Assembly: GCA_047285535.1 (NCBI GenBank)
Contig: JBJBDC010000001.1
Span: forward strand, 32,136-96,135
DNA: 64,000 bases
Direction: 5' to 3'
DNA from: Synechococcus sp.
GTDB taxonomy: Bacteria > Cyanobacteriota > Cyanobacteriia > PCC-6307 > Cyanobiaceae
Under the pieces are notes generated by a model that ran no database searches, was not told where the DNA came from, and was given only the letters and a program-made list of their open reading frames with translations. This document shows, one piece after another, positions 10,705 through 20,868 of the stretch. A program made the position numbers and the translations under genes. The first letter of the stretch is position 1, and each line of letters starts with the position of its first letter.

Positions 10705-12114
10705 ATGCGTGAGAAGAGTGCTGAGCACAAGGCGCATCAAAAGATGCAATTCATTGTGCGACTTGCAATTTCAGCCGCCATGGGCGGTTTTTTGTTTGGT
10801 TTCGATACAGCAATAATCAATGGGGCTGTGTCCTCAATTCAGTCCACATTCCATGCGTCTTCATTTCATCTTGGGCTCACCGTCTCCTCAGCCCTTATCG
10901 GGTCTGCGATAGGCGCGTTAGGTGCTGGTTGGCTTGCCGATGCGATTGGTCGTCGGCAAAGCATGTGGCTTGCAGCGGTCTTGTTTGTTGTGAGCGCTAT
11001 TGGCTCTGGCCTGGCGCCTCGATTAGTGGATCTTGTGGCCTGGAGAGCGATCGGTGGAGTGGCGGTTGGTTTTGCCAGCGTGTTGGCGCCGGCATATATC
11101 GCTGAAATCTCTCCGGCGCAAATGCGTGGTCGTACTGGTTCTTTGATGCAACTGGCCATTGTTATTGGGATTTTTATGGCGCTACTGAGTGACTATTTTT
11201 TAGTACTCGCAACCTCAGATCATGAACCCCTATCGAGTGTGGGGCCGATGGCAGCATGGAGATGGATGTTGATTTCAGAGCTGGTTCCTGCTGTGATTTA
11301 TGGGGTGATGGTGTTGCAAATACCAGAAAGCCCCCGCTACTTGGTGCAGAGAGGTCGGATTGAACAGGCCCGTGTTGTGATTGGCAAAACTCTGGGTGAT
11401 CCGACTCAGCCAGTGATTGATCGAATTCAGGCCAGTCTTGGAAATCGCAATAACAGCACAATATTGGATCTTTTTTCGCGGCGATCATTGTTTTTGCCTG
11501 TTGTTTGGACTGGGATATTTTTGGGGGCTTTACAGCAGTTTGTGGGTATAAATGTAATCTTTTATTATTCAAGTACTTTGTGGAAATCAGTTGGTTTTAG
11601 TACTACCGATAGCTTGATGATCACTGTTGCTACTGCAGTCACTAATATCGTGACAACATTTCTGGCGATTGGCACGATTGATCGATTGGGGCGACGTCCT
11701 CTGCTTTTGGTGGGCTCGGTTGTGATCACAATCAGCTTGGGGCTGATGAGCTTGATCTTTGCCGGCGCTCCCCTTGTGAACGGTGCACCTGTGCTCTCAG
11801 GAGCATCCTCTGTGGTGGCGTTGATTGCAGTTAATGTTTATGTTTTTGCCTTTGGCTTCTCTTGGGGGCCCGTGATGTGGGTTCTGTTGTCCGAAATGTT
11901 TAATAACCGTATTCGTGCCCTTGCCTTGGGTTTGGCTGTCACGTTGAATTGGTTAGCGAATTTCATTGTTTCCACCACATTCCCTGTCCTCCTTGAAATG
12001 TCAGGTGCTTCCTTTGCTTATGGCTGTTATGCCACAGCTGCAGCAATTTCATTTTTCTTTGTGCTCTTCATGGTGCATGAAACGAAGGGACGAGAACTTG
12101 AGGATATGATTTAA
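10705..12114 (+). CDS. glcP: Sugar porter family MFS transporter (GlcP-like sugar:H+ symporter)
   Basis: GGFLFGFDTAIING, DAIGRR, PAYIAEISP, PESPRYL, QQFVGINVIFYY, DRLGRR and ETKGRELE motifs; start placed downstream of the terminator. Confidence 0.88.
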   Translation: MREKSAEHKAHQKMQFIVRLAISAAMGGFLFGFDTAIINGAVSSIQSTFHASSFHLGLTVSSALIGSAIGALGAGWLADAIGRRQSMWLAAVLFVVSAIGSGLAPRLVDLVAWRAIGGVAVGFASVLAPAYIAEISPAQMRGRTGSLMQLAIVIGIFMALLSDYFLVLATSDHEPLSSVGPMAAWRWMLISELVPAVIYGVMVLQIPESPRYLVQRGRIEQARVVIGKTLGDPTQPVIDRIQASLGNRNNSTILDLFSRRSLFLPVVWTGIFLGALQQFVGINVIFYYSSTLWKSVGFSTTDSLMITVATAVTNIVTTFLAIGTIDRLGRRPLLLVGSVVITISLGLMSLIFAGAPLVNGAPVLSGASSVVALIAVNVYVFAFGFSWGPVMWVLLSEMFNNRIRALALGLAVTLNWLANFIVSTTFPVLLEMSGASFAYGCYATAAAISFFFVLFMVHETKGRELEDMI

Positions 12115-12366
12115 ACGAAAGAAGTTTTGCGGCTTTATGTGATTTTGATTTTGTGGTTGTTTGCGTGAATAATAGTGCTCTCGTTTGTTTGCATTTTTAA
12201 TGAAGTGATGATTTATCTCTTTGTTTTGTCTGGATTTCTGTTGTTGCTGATTGGGGCTTTTGAAGGTTGCCTGGATTTTGTGTTGTCGAGTATTTTGTCT
12301 TGTTGTTCTATGAATATCCTGGTCAATATGATCCTGGCTTGATCAGCTCAATCAAGACGTTGATTA

Positions 12367-12945
12367 TTATTCTGCCACGGACTCCACGGCCATCTTGATT
12401 GCTGCTTTCTGTTTTGCGTCGTATCCCCAGCGATCAAGAAAGGCAACATCTTCACCTTGATTATTGCTTGCTGCAGCGAGCAGGGTTTCTAGTCTTGCTT
12501 TGACTTCATGGGGTTCGAGCTGGCGTAGTAACTCGATGCATCGCTGATTAACCCGTTCTGAACTTGCCGCTTGAGATTCATCAGCCTGACTGTAGTGATG
12601 CACCACCATCGCTGCACTCATTGCCAGGTTGCGAACGGTTAGATCCACAATGTTTTTGCCGCAAATTCGCAGTTTGGCGACGAGTGGTTCAGGCAATCGA
12701 TCCATTAGTGCACTGTCGCCAGCCAGGCTGATGACAAAGAAGCCCCTGGCTCCATCTCGGCTTTCAACGAGTTCTGCGATGCGATCGGCAATCACCTCAT
12801 CGCTGATTTCCTCATGATCCCACTGTTTGATCCAGCCGGCAGCAATCTCCATCGCTTGAGGAAAGCTTGGGGACAGAGTTGATTGATCCTGAGTCTTTGC
12901 TGCTGGAGGCGTGTGTGGGGGAGCAGTTGAGTTCTCATCGGTCAT
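12367..12945 (-). CDS. Conserved cyanobacterial hypothetical protein
   Basis: 192-aa helical ORF with GARGFFV, VRNLAMS and FLDRWGYD motifs. Confidence 0.8.
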   Translation of the reverse strand: MTDENSTAPPHTPPAAKTQDQSTLSPSFPQAMEIAAGWIKQWDHEEISDEVIADRIAELVESRDGARGFFVISLAGDSALMDRLPEPLVAKLRICGKNIVDLTVRNLAMSAAMVVHHYSQADESQAASSERVNQRCIELLRQLEPHEVKARLETLLAAASNNQGEDVAFLDRWGYDAKQKAAIKMAVESVAE

Positions 12946-13113
12946 GACAATCGGCTAGAGGGTGACATGAAGGTTAGGAAGACGCAGATCAAGGTTCGCT
13001 GTCTCCCAAACTTGTTGTGGAGGGCTCAGAGGCCCGAAGTATTTTCAACTTGACGACAATCAGCTCTTGCAGGGATCGAAAGCCCAATAGCTCAACACGG
13101 TCTGAACTTCATG

Positions 13114-13139
13114 TGACATTGTCAGATGACATTGTCAGA
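13114..13139. repeat. Tandem 13-bp repeat of a palindrome (TGACATTGTCAGA x2)
   Basis: Read directly in the divergent intergenic region upstream of era. Confidence 0.8.
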
Positions 13140-13343
13140 GAGGCATCGACAGGCTTTGCAGGGTCATGGCACATCAATCATGGTGAGTCTCTTCATCGGT
13201 TTGAGTGGAAAGTACCTACGGCGATTTCACGCAGGTCCAGGATTTGCATGATCATGACAATCTGGGGCTCGGAAGCTTGGATCAACTTGATGCTGCAGCA
13301 ACGACAACCCAGGAGTGAGTTGGTGAAAGAGCAGACTTGAGGG

Positions 13344-14297
13344 ATGGTTGATTCCCCCTCTCGTTCCTTTGCAAGTGATAGGCCTCAGGGCTTTCGCTCT
13401 GGTTTTGTTGCATTGATTGGTCGACCCAATGTGGGAAAGTCCACATTGGTGAATCAGCTCATCGGGGACAAGGTTGCGATTACCTCGCCTGTGGCTCAAA
13501 CCACGCGTAATCGTTTGCGCGCCATCCTCACAACCTCCGAGTTCCAGCTCATCTTTGTGGATACACCCGGCATTCATAAACCACACCATTTATTAGGTGA
13601 ACGGCTTGTGCAAAGTGCCCGCTCAGCGATTGGTGAGGTGGATCAGGTTCTGTTGTTGCTTGAGGGATGTGAGGCCCCAGGACGGGGAGATGCCTTCATC
13701 GTTCAATTGCTGCGTCAGCAATCCTTGCCAGTGCAGGTGCTTCTCAATAAATGGGATTTGGTCCCTCATGAGCAAAAGGATGCCGCCGATGCGGCCTATC
13801 GAGATCTTCTAATCGATACGAACTGGCCCATGCATCGCTGCAGTGCCCTTAGTGGTGACGGCTGCGCTGAGTTAGTCAAGGCCATCAGTTCTTGGATGCC
13901 TGAGGGGCCTCAGCTGTATCCACCAGACATGGTGAGCGATCAGCCCGAACGCTTTTTGATGGGAGAATTAATCCGTGAACAGGTTTTGCTCAACACGCGA
14001 GAGGAGGTTCCCCATAGCGTCGCGGTGAGCATTGATCGCATCGAAGAAATGCCCGCGAAGGGCAAAGGCAATGGGCGTACAGCTGTGTTGGCGACAGTAC
14101 TGGTTGAGCGCAAAAGTCAGAAGGGCATTCTCATCGGAAAGGGTGGAGCCATGCTTAAAACCATTGGTCAGGGTGCGCGTCTGCAAATGCAGACCTTGAT
14201 TGATGGTCCGGTGTATTTAGAGCTGTTTGTGAAAGTGGTTCCCGATTGGCGCAGCAAGCCTGCACGACTCGCGGAGTTGGGCTACGTAGGGGACTAA
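13344..14297 (+). CDS. era: GTPase Era
   Basis: GRPNVGKST, QTTR, DTPG and NKWD motifs; KH domain with ILIGKGG. Confidence 0.98.
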   Translation: MVDSPSRSFASDRPQGFRSGFVALIGRPNVGKSTLVNQLIGDKVAITSPVAQTTRNRLRAILTTSEFQLIFVDTPGIHKPHHLLGERLVQSARSAIGEVDQVLLLLEGCEAPGRGDAFIVQLLRQQSLPVQVLLNKWDLVPHEQKDAADAAYRDLLIDTNWPMHRCSALSGDGCAELVKAISSWMPEGPQLYPPDMVSDQPERFLMGELIREQVLLNTREEVPHSVAVSIDRIEEMPAKGKGNGRTAVLATVLVERKSQKGILIGKGGAMLKTIGQGARLQMQTLIDGPVYLELFVKVVPDWRSKPARLAELGYVGD

Positions 14298-14321
14298 CTG
14301 GTAGCAGCTGAGCCTGCGAAG

Positions 14322-14798
14322 ATGCAAGGTATGAGCGATCCAACTCCTTTCCCTCCATCTGATCTCGATGGTTTTCTTGGACTCTGTGCAGGCCGTTGGA
14401 TGAGCTTGCGTAGCCGTTTTCAGATGGATGCATCTGAGCAGGACTGGCATCGCAGTGAACGGGGGGACATTGAAGTGTCAGCGTCCGTTGTGGAGGGTGT
14501 GCCGTGTTTGGAAGTTAAGCCAGCAGAGGGTGCCAAGAGCATCCTGGTGTTTCAAGACGATGGGTGTCTGGCTCTGAACTCAGATGGCAATGATCAGATG
14601 GGACGATGGCAGTTGCTTCCAGATGCCAGCCTCGAGCTTCAGGTGCAAGCCATCAACGGTGATCAAGTGTTGGAGCGTATTTGGTTCACGAAACCCAACT
14701 TGCGTCTGCGCAGCACTACGGCTGTTGGAGCGGATGGTCAACTTCGACAGGGGAGCTTCTGCTCTGAAATCAGGCGCGTCAGTCGTCCGCAGAGCTGA
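14322..14798 (+). CDS. Phycobiliprotein lyase, CpcS/CpeS family
   Basis: GRWMSLRS, ERIWF..PNLRLR and FCSEIRR motifs. Confidence 0.85.
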   Translation: MQGMSDPTPFPPSDLDGFLGLCAGRWMSLRSRFQMDASEQDWHRSERGDIEVSASVVEGVPCLEVKPAEGAKSILVFQDDGCLALNSDGNDQMGRWQLLPDASLELQVQAINGDQVLERIWFTKPNLRLRSTTAVGADGQLRQGSFCSEIRRVSRPQS

Positions 14799-14804
14799 CG
14801 TCTG

Positions 14805-15515
14805 ATGGCTCCGTATCGCCTCGATGTGATCAGCCTGGCTCCGCAAGCATTTGCGTCGTTGCTTGATCTTGGTGTCATTGGTCGTGCCTTTGGAGAGGGT
14901 ATTGCTGAATTACACCTTCACAATCCTCGCGATCACACCATTGATCGTTATCGCAAAGTTGACGATGTGCCCTACGGGGGTGGGGCAGGCATGGTGCTTA
15001 AACCTGAACCGGTGTTTGCGGCTCTGGAGTCCATACCCGTCTGGCTACGACGTCGCGTTCTTTTGATGTCGCCTCAGGGGCAACCACTTCGTCAGCTTGA
15101 CCTCCAGCGTTGGGCTAACAACTACGACCAATTGGTGTTTGTTTGCGGTCACTACGAGGGCTTTGATGAACGTATTCGTTGTCTTGCTGATGAAGAAGTG
15201 TCTGTTGGGGACTTCGTCCTGACCGGGGGTGAACTTCCCGCCATGACCATCATTAACGGGGTCGTGCGGCTGTTGCCTGGAACCGTAGGCACGGCGGAAT
15301 CTTTAGTGGAAGAAAGTCATACCGATCTGTTGCTTGAGCATGCGCATTACACACGCCCGGCGGACTTTCGCGGAATGGTAGTCCCCGATGTGTTGCGAAG
15401 TGGTGATCATGGAGCCATCGCTCGATGGCGGCAGCAGCAGCGTGAGAAACGAACCAAAGAGCGCCGACCAGATCTATGGCAAAAGGTCCAAGATTCGAGA
15501 TTGGAATCCTTGTAA
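14805..15515 (+). CDS. trmD: tRNA (guanine37-N1)-methyltransferase
   Basis: VDDVPYGGGAGM, CGHYEGFDER and SVGDFVLTGGE motifs. Confidence 0.98.
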   Translation: MAPYRLDVISLAPQAFASLLDLGVIGRAFGEGIAELHLHNPRDHTIDRYRKVDDVPYGGGAGMVLKPEPVFAALESIPVWLRRRVLLMSPQGQPLRQLDLQRWANNYDQLVFVCGHYEGFDERIRCLADEEVSVGDFVLTGGELPAMTIINGVVRLLPGTVGTAESLVEESHTDLLLEHAHYTRPADFRGMVVPDVLRSGDHGAIARWRQQQREKRTKERRPDLWQKVQDSRLESL

Positions 15516-15882
15516 TCGGGTGATGCAACATCCGCTGATTGATCAATGTGAACTCAAATTGTTCTGGCGATCCTGAGTTTCGTCAGTCTGCAACGTTAAG
15601 TGCGTCTGTCCATTCCTAGGGTGGTGCTTGAGAATTTGGTTTTCAGCTCATGGAATGCCTGCCATTTGATCGCTGGAAAACAATTTTAGTGCGGCAAAAA
15701 GTCAATTGTATTTCGATTTAAGGCTTGGAAAGTAATATTTTGTTTGAAAGTGTTGATGTAGAAGGGAATAGAGGAGTCGGCATCTTTGTTTTTTCAGCCT
15801 TCATAGTTTTGGTGCGGTTGCAGTTGATGACAGTTCGCCGTTGAATGCCTAGGATTCAGAAGTTGTGCTTGATCGGGCCCTA

Positions 15883-16137
15883 ATGCGTCACTTAATGGCG
15901 GCTGTTGTATTGATGTCTTCTGTTGGTGCTCCTGCGGCGCTTGCACAGCGTGAAATACCTAAGGCTGAAGGGCATGATCAATGCCCGTTGGGATACGTGA
16001 ATACTTTAGGGACTACATGTGTCTCTCCTATCTATTATGAGGTTGCGCCAACCTATGGCAAAGCCTGCCCTTCTGGCTGGATGAACATAGGGGCTGGATA
16101 CTGCAGAAAAAAGAAGGGGCCTTTGGGAATCTTTTGA
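15883..16137 (+). CDS. Small secreted Cys-containing hypothetical protein
   Basis: Signal peptide ending ALA; two CPxG(Y/W)xN..C modules. Confidence 0.75.
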   Translation: MRHLMAAVVLMSSVGAPAALAQREIPKAEGHDQCPLGYVNTLGTTCVSPIYYEVAPTYGKACPSGWMNIGAGYCRKKKGPLGIF

Positions 16138-16156
16138 TTGATGAGTTGAGTTCTTG

Positions 16157-16186
16157 CAGCTGAACCATGAGGTCATGGTTCAGCTG
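16157..16186. repeat. Perfect inverted repeat with 14-bp arms
   Basis: CAGCTGAACCATGA-GG-TCATGGTTCAGCTG. Confidence 0.85.
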
Positions 16187-17071
16187 ACGAAGGATATGAG
16201 CCTTGTGGGATTTATTTCGTGTGATGTCTAAACAATCTAGGCCATTGTCACGGTTGGTCTTCTTCTCTCCTGTCCGTTTGTAAGGCTTGACTTGGTTGGT
16301 CAATGTTTTTGGCAAGCGCTTTGGAAAAGGCACACCATTTCTAATTTCGGTGGTTTTTGCTCTGAAGGCAATGCGCGTTTACACCGATGGCAAAGCTACC
16401 TCGCTCGGGCAAACTATTCATATCGAGAGAAGGAGGCGCTTTGACAGACGACACTCCACCTGAGTTATCAGCAGAAGCAAGCTGACTTCAGGTCCCTGCT
16501 CCAACAGTCTCAACAAGACGTGGGTTGTTCCTTTGGTAGGCAATGCCTTGCGCGCCACGCCAATCGATGCTCCATTAGCACCGTCCTAGGTGCCCTCAGG
16601 AGAAAACGACCCAACACCTAGAGCTCCGGCCCCAGGTGATCCTGCAGTTAGTCGCTTCGTGCCACGCTTTCAGTTCACTGTTTTCGTTTCGAGGTTAAAG
16701 CTTCACCGATACAGAATCACTGATTACTGGTGTGCGCTATGCATAAACGAGCGAGCTAGGCCGTCTTTTCCATCTGGGAGGGGCGGCCTCTCTCATGTCT
16801 TGAAGTTCCTGTTTTGTGGTGATAATTAGTATCGAGATTTCGCCATCAATCTCAGTAGTCCAAAAGCTTAATCTTTTGGAATCCCTCACGGTTGTGAGTT
16901 TGCTTGTCGATTTACGTTTGGCGCTCTTTTTGAGTCTTTTGGGCCAATGCTGATGTGTATGGATGGGGCTGAGCCTTTTAAATGACAATGGATCAGATAG
17001 GAGTAAAAGTAGCCTTGATTGCAATGACTTAGCCCAGATGCAGTACTGCTTCCCTCTGTGTCTTGCCTAAT

Positions 17072-17100
17072 CCAATGCCAATGCCAATGCCAATGCCAAT
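17072..17100. repeat. Hexanucleotide microsatellite
   Basis: (CCAATG)4 followed by CCAAT. Confidence 0.9.
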
Positions 17101-17757
17101 TCATAGGCAGGCAATCCAGGTATAGAGCTGAGGTGGTTCACCTGGCGGTATAAGGCTCTGTTGATAGTCCTTTTGAGTCTTTGAAGGAAATAGAGGAATG
17201 AATTGGAAAGCATTCCTCCGATTCACCGGACAACTAAGGGGCAAACCCCTGACCCTTAGCTTTTACAATTTTTGTCTGCAAGCTATAAGCTCTGTGTTGC
17301 TGATGAGAGATGATTGTGTTCTCAAAGTTGCATTACAGTGTTCTTTCGCAATGATGCCCTCCAAAAAGTGATGAGCTCTGAACCTAATACCTCTGAAGTG
17401 TCCTTGAAGAATGGCTGGTTGCGCTGATGGTTGCTGCAGGTAGGAGAGTAGAGGTTGAAAATCTATTTTGAATCATGATTCTCTTCTGTTTGGAATGGAA
17501 TTTTTCAACTGTTCTTTCTCTTGATGAGTATATGTTGCCTTGATGTATTCATTCGCTAATTAGATGTTTATGTCTTGGTGGTGTGTTGGCGGATCGCGCT
17601 TTGAAAATCTCTCTTTTGAAGTGCCTCGGTAAGCTCAATCACTCCTTTGATGAGGTTGTCGTTTCTCATCCTAAAGTCAATCTTTGATTTAACTCTTACG
17701 TGTCAAAGTGAGTGGCAGGTGGGTTGGATCGTTTTTGACCTGTCTCAAGCTCAAGTG

Positions 17758-18258
17758 ATGACCTCTCCGGTTCCAACCCTGCGTATCGGCAACGGCTATG
17801 ACATGCACCGTTTGGTGCCGGGTCGTGCGTTGATCCTTGGCGGTCAGCAGCTGGAGCATCCAGAGGGACTAGGGCTTGATGGCCACAGCGATGCTGATGT
17901 CTTGGTGCACGCGATCATGGACGCTTTGCTTGGTGCCCTTTCTCTTGGAGATATCGGAAAATATTTTCCTCCAAGCGATCCCCAATGGAAGGGAGCGGAC
18001 AGCCTTGTGCTCTTGGAACAGGTTGTGGCTTTGGTGAAGGCGAGAGGCTGGGGAGTGGTCAATGTGGATGCAGTGTTGGTTGCCGAACGGCCAAAACTGA
18101 AGCCCCATATTGAAGAGATGCGAGCGGCTATTGCCAACAGGATGGGGGTGGCTGACGACCAGGTGGGAGTTAAAGCAACTACCAATGAAAAACTGGGCCC
18201 CGAAGGTCGGGAAGAAGGAATTTCTTGTCAGGCCGTAGCTCTCCTGCACGCGCTCTAA
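17758..18258 (+). CDS. ispF: 2-C-methyl-D-erythritol 2,4-cyclodiphosphate synthase
   Basis: [20 protein letters not shown] and KATTNEKLG motifs. Confidence 0.97.
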   Translation: MTSPVPTLRIGNGYDMHRLVPGRALILGGQQLEHPEGLGLDGHSDADVLVHAIMDALLGALSLGDIGKYFPPSDPQWKGADSLVLLEQVVALVKARGWGVVNVDAVLVAERPKLKPHIEEMRAAIANRMGVADDQVGVKATTNEKLGPEGREEGISCQAVALLHAL

Positions 18259-18704
18259 TGCAACGACTTCATGCATTGATGATTAGGGTCGCCGCCATTG
18301 TGCTCGTTATTGGGGTGTTGATGGGGCAATCTTCTGATGTGCGCTTCGCTGCCTTTGCGGATCCAGGCGGTGGGTACGAGCTTGCTGTGATTGAGCATCT
18401 GCGCCTCTCAGTCCCTGCTCAAGGACGACAGGCTTGGTTAGAAGCTGAACGAGGCAGCTGGGAGCCTTGGTTGGCCAAGCAGAATGGTTTTTTAGGTCGT
18501 GATCTGCTTTGGGATCCTGCAACCGAAGAGGGAACCCTTTTGATTCGATGGTCGAGTCGCGAGGATTGGAAAGCCATTCCCACCGTTGAGATTGAACAGG
18601 TTCAGACTCGCTTCGAGCAGTTGGCGCGTCAGGCCATGGCTATCACTCAAGAGAGAGAAAATCCATTCCCTTTGGTCTTTGAGGGAGAGCTTCTACCCCC
18701 ATGA
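18258..18704 (+). CDS. TIGR03792-like cyanobacterial protein (ABM-like fold)
   Basis: VIEHLRL, WLAKQNGF and IRWSSREDWK motifs; start overlaps the ispF stop. Confidence 0.75.
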   Translation: MQRLHALMIRVAAIVLVIGVLMGQSSDVRFAAFADPGGGYELAVIEHLRLSVPAQGRQAWLEAERGSWEPWLAKQNGFLGRDLLWDPATEEGTLLIRWSSREDWKAIPTVEIEQVQTRFEQLARQAMAITQERENPFPLVFEGELLPP

Positions 18705-19366
18705 CTAGCGATGATGTTCGTCTGGATTGGCAACGAATCGATCGACTCGGCATTGGCGAAGCGATCTGGGGCCAGCACAAAACAGTCGATCAGATTGTGG
18801 CCATTCTTGAAGCCTTTTCGGAAAGACAGCAGTCAGCGCTCGTGACGCGAGTGGATGAGGTTAAAGCGCTGGCGGTTATGAATCGATGTCGCCAAGGTCT
18901 TGTGCGTTTCGATGATCGAGCAAAGTGTTTGACATTGGGCGATCCCCCACCACTGCGATCGGCGTTGGGGTTGGTCATGGTGCTCAGCGGCGGTACCAGC
19001 GATTTACCCGTAGCCGCTGAAGCGCAATTGGCCTTGCAATGGCATGGAATTGACGCAGAGATGCTGCTGGATGTTGGGGTGGCTGGTTTGCATCGGCTTT
19101 TAGGTCAACTTCCTAGGCTTCGGCAGTCCAGCGTTCTTATCGCTTGTGCTGGAATGGAAGGCGCTCTGCCAACCGTGCTCGCGGGTCTCTTGCCTCAACC
19201 CGTCATCGGTGTACCCGTGTCTGTGGGCTATGGCGTGAGTTCTGGTGGGCGTGCTGCTCTTGAAGGGATGCTTTCAAGCTGTGCACCTGGCCTAGCCGTG
19301 GTGAATATCGATAATGGCTATGGAGCTGCAATGGTTGCTTTACGAATCCTGCAGGGACGACTTTAA
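18701..19366 (+). CDS. larB: LarB/CpmA (AIR-carboxylase-like) protein
   Basis: GTSDLPVA.EA, DVGVAGLHRL, AGMEGALP and VVNIDNGYGAA motifs. Confidence 0.9.
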   Translation: MTSDDVRLDWQRIDRLGIGEAIWGQHKTVDQIVAILEAFSERQQSALVTRVDEVKALAVMNRCRQGLVRFDDRAKCLTLGDPPPLRSALGLVMVLSGGTSDLPVAAEAQLALQWHGIDAEMLLDVGVAGLHRLLGQLPRLRQSSVLIACAGMEGALPTVLAGLLPQPVIGVPVSVGYGVSSGGRAALEGMLSSCAPGLAVVNIDNGYGAAMVALRILQGRL

Positions 19367-19651
19367 GGACACCGTTTGCAGTGATCGGAGGGCTTGCTTC
19401 TGAAACGTAAAAGCTCGTTTGAATGTTGATCAGTCTCTGCAATGAGTAGGTGACAAATCCATTCGATTCGGTCGCCATGATCGAGCTCGAACCTTGTTCT
19501 GCCATTGCAGGACGCTTAGATCAAGCTGAAGTTCGGTGGATGCAAACAGATTGTGAAAGTATGACGATCTATGGATTGATAAGTACCTGATCTACTTGAA
19601 AGTGATCGCACGATAGAAGCAAGAATTTCTTAAGTGGGATCAACAATTGGT

Positions 19652-20653
19652 TCAAAGATGTTGGAGATTTGGATAGGCCATCACTAGTTCATCTGCGCTC
19701 AGAACGTCTCCCTTGCCATCGGGTTGCCAGATCACTTCCAGGGCCATCAGGTCACTGGACGATGTAGATCCAAGAATTCTCAGCGTTTCCCGCAGGGATT
19801 CACTGCTTTCGACTTGCTTGAGCTTCACGCTTTGTCGGCTAGCCACCAGAACCGTCACCACAATGAATTCATTGGTGGCATCAGCCTCTCCACTTCCGTG
19901 GGACTCCGCTGCACTGCTACTTCGAACACCTCCAACGTTGGTGGTGATTTCAGCGCGCAATTTGCTGCGTTCTGTCATCGACAGGCGATTGAATGTTGAT
20001 TCTGAAGCGTTGAACGGCACGCTCCCTGATTCCACATTGGCGTAAACCCAAAGCTCAGGCTGGCGCAGAAGTGCAAGGGTCGTTTCTTGCAAGACCCTTT
20101 GGAGGCCAGATGATGAGCTGGTGTCAGATGATGCGGCAAGCTGACGAAGGTCAGTTTGTAGTGATTTCGCGCTCGCCAGGAGTCCGATCTGCATTTGAAG
20201 CAAAGACACCGGACCGGTTGAGAGTTCACGAGGATTGCGATAGCCGGCTCCTAGCGAAGGAGAATCCCCTCCCGAGCCTCCACGTGCGGCATTGACCAAA
20301 GCACCAACAACTGCTGCCAGGATCAAGAACCCAAAGAGGCCGCCGCCACCGAATCCAAAGATCGGGATGATGAATGGAAATCCCATCCCACCTCCGAAGC
20401 CGCGGTTATACCCACCGCCTCCATAACTGCGGCTGTATCCCCCACCCCTGGGCATCGATGGGGCTCGGAAGCTACCGCCACCGATGCGGCCACCTCTGGC
20501 GGCTTCGCTTGGTTGCGGGTTGAGGATGAGGAGGCTAACGATGAAAACGGGCACTAGCAACCTTGAGAGCCAGCGTCCGATTTGACCAACCTTGAGGCGG
20601 GATTTGGAGGAGGCCAAGATGGAATAGAACACTTCAGTAACTCTAGGAACCAC
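19652..20653 (-). CDS. DUF1517 family membrane protein
   Basis: GGRIGGGSF Gly-rich N-terminus, ETTLALLR and EVIWQP..YPNL; true start probably slightly downstream. Confidence 0.85.
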   Translation of the reverse strand: MVPRVTEVFYSILASSKSRLKVGQIGRWLSRLLVPVFIVSLLILNPQPSEAARGGRIGGGSFRAPSMPRGGGYSRSYGGGGYNRGFGGGMGFPFIIPIFGFGGGGLFGFLILAAVVGALVNAARGGSGGDSPSLGAGYRNPRELSTGPVSLLQMQIGLLASAKSLQTDLRQLAASSDTSSSSGLQRVLQETTLALLRQPELWVYANVESGSVPFNASESTFNRLSMTERSKLRAEITTNVGGVRSSSAAESHGSGEADATNEFIVVTVLVASRQSVKLKQVESSESLRETLRILGSTSSSDLMALEVIWQPDGKGDVLSADELVMAYPNLQHL

Positions 20654-20849
20654 CGCCTACGATGGTGACGATCTCGAGGTTGTCACCGTCTTGCACCTGC
20701 TGATCTTCCCAGCGTTCCGGGGTGAGGATCAGTCCGTTGTATTCGACCACCACCAGTTGAGGATGGTGTCCGAGTTGGGCGATGACGCGATCCAGGGTTG
20801 TTGTTGATGGGTCAAGGCTGCGCAGTTCGCCGTTCACCGTGAGTTGCAT
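20643..20849 (-). CDS. thiS: Sulfur carrier protein ThiS
   Basis: 68 aa; LTVNGE...GDNLEIVTIVGGG. Confidence 0.95.
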   Translation of the reverse strand: MQLTVNGELRSLDPSTTTLDRVIAQLGHHPQLVVVEYNGLILTPERWEDQQVQDGDNLEIVTIVGGGS

Positions 20850-20868
20850 GGCATCGAAGAAAGAACTG

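Noticed and set aside
16886..17104. ORF starting MNWHWHWHWHW as a metal-binding peptide
   Set aside because: It is a by-product of the microsatellite, and the remainder is not protein-like
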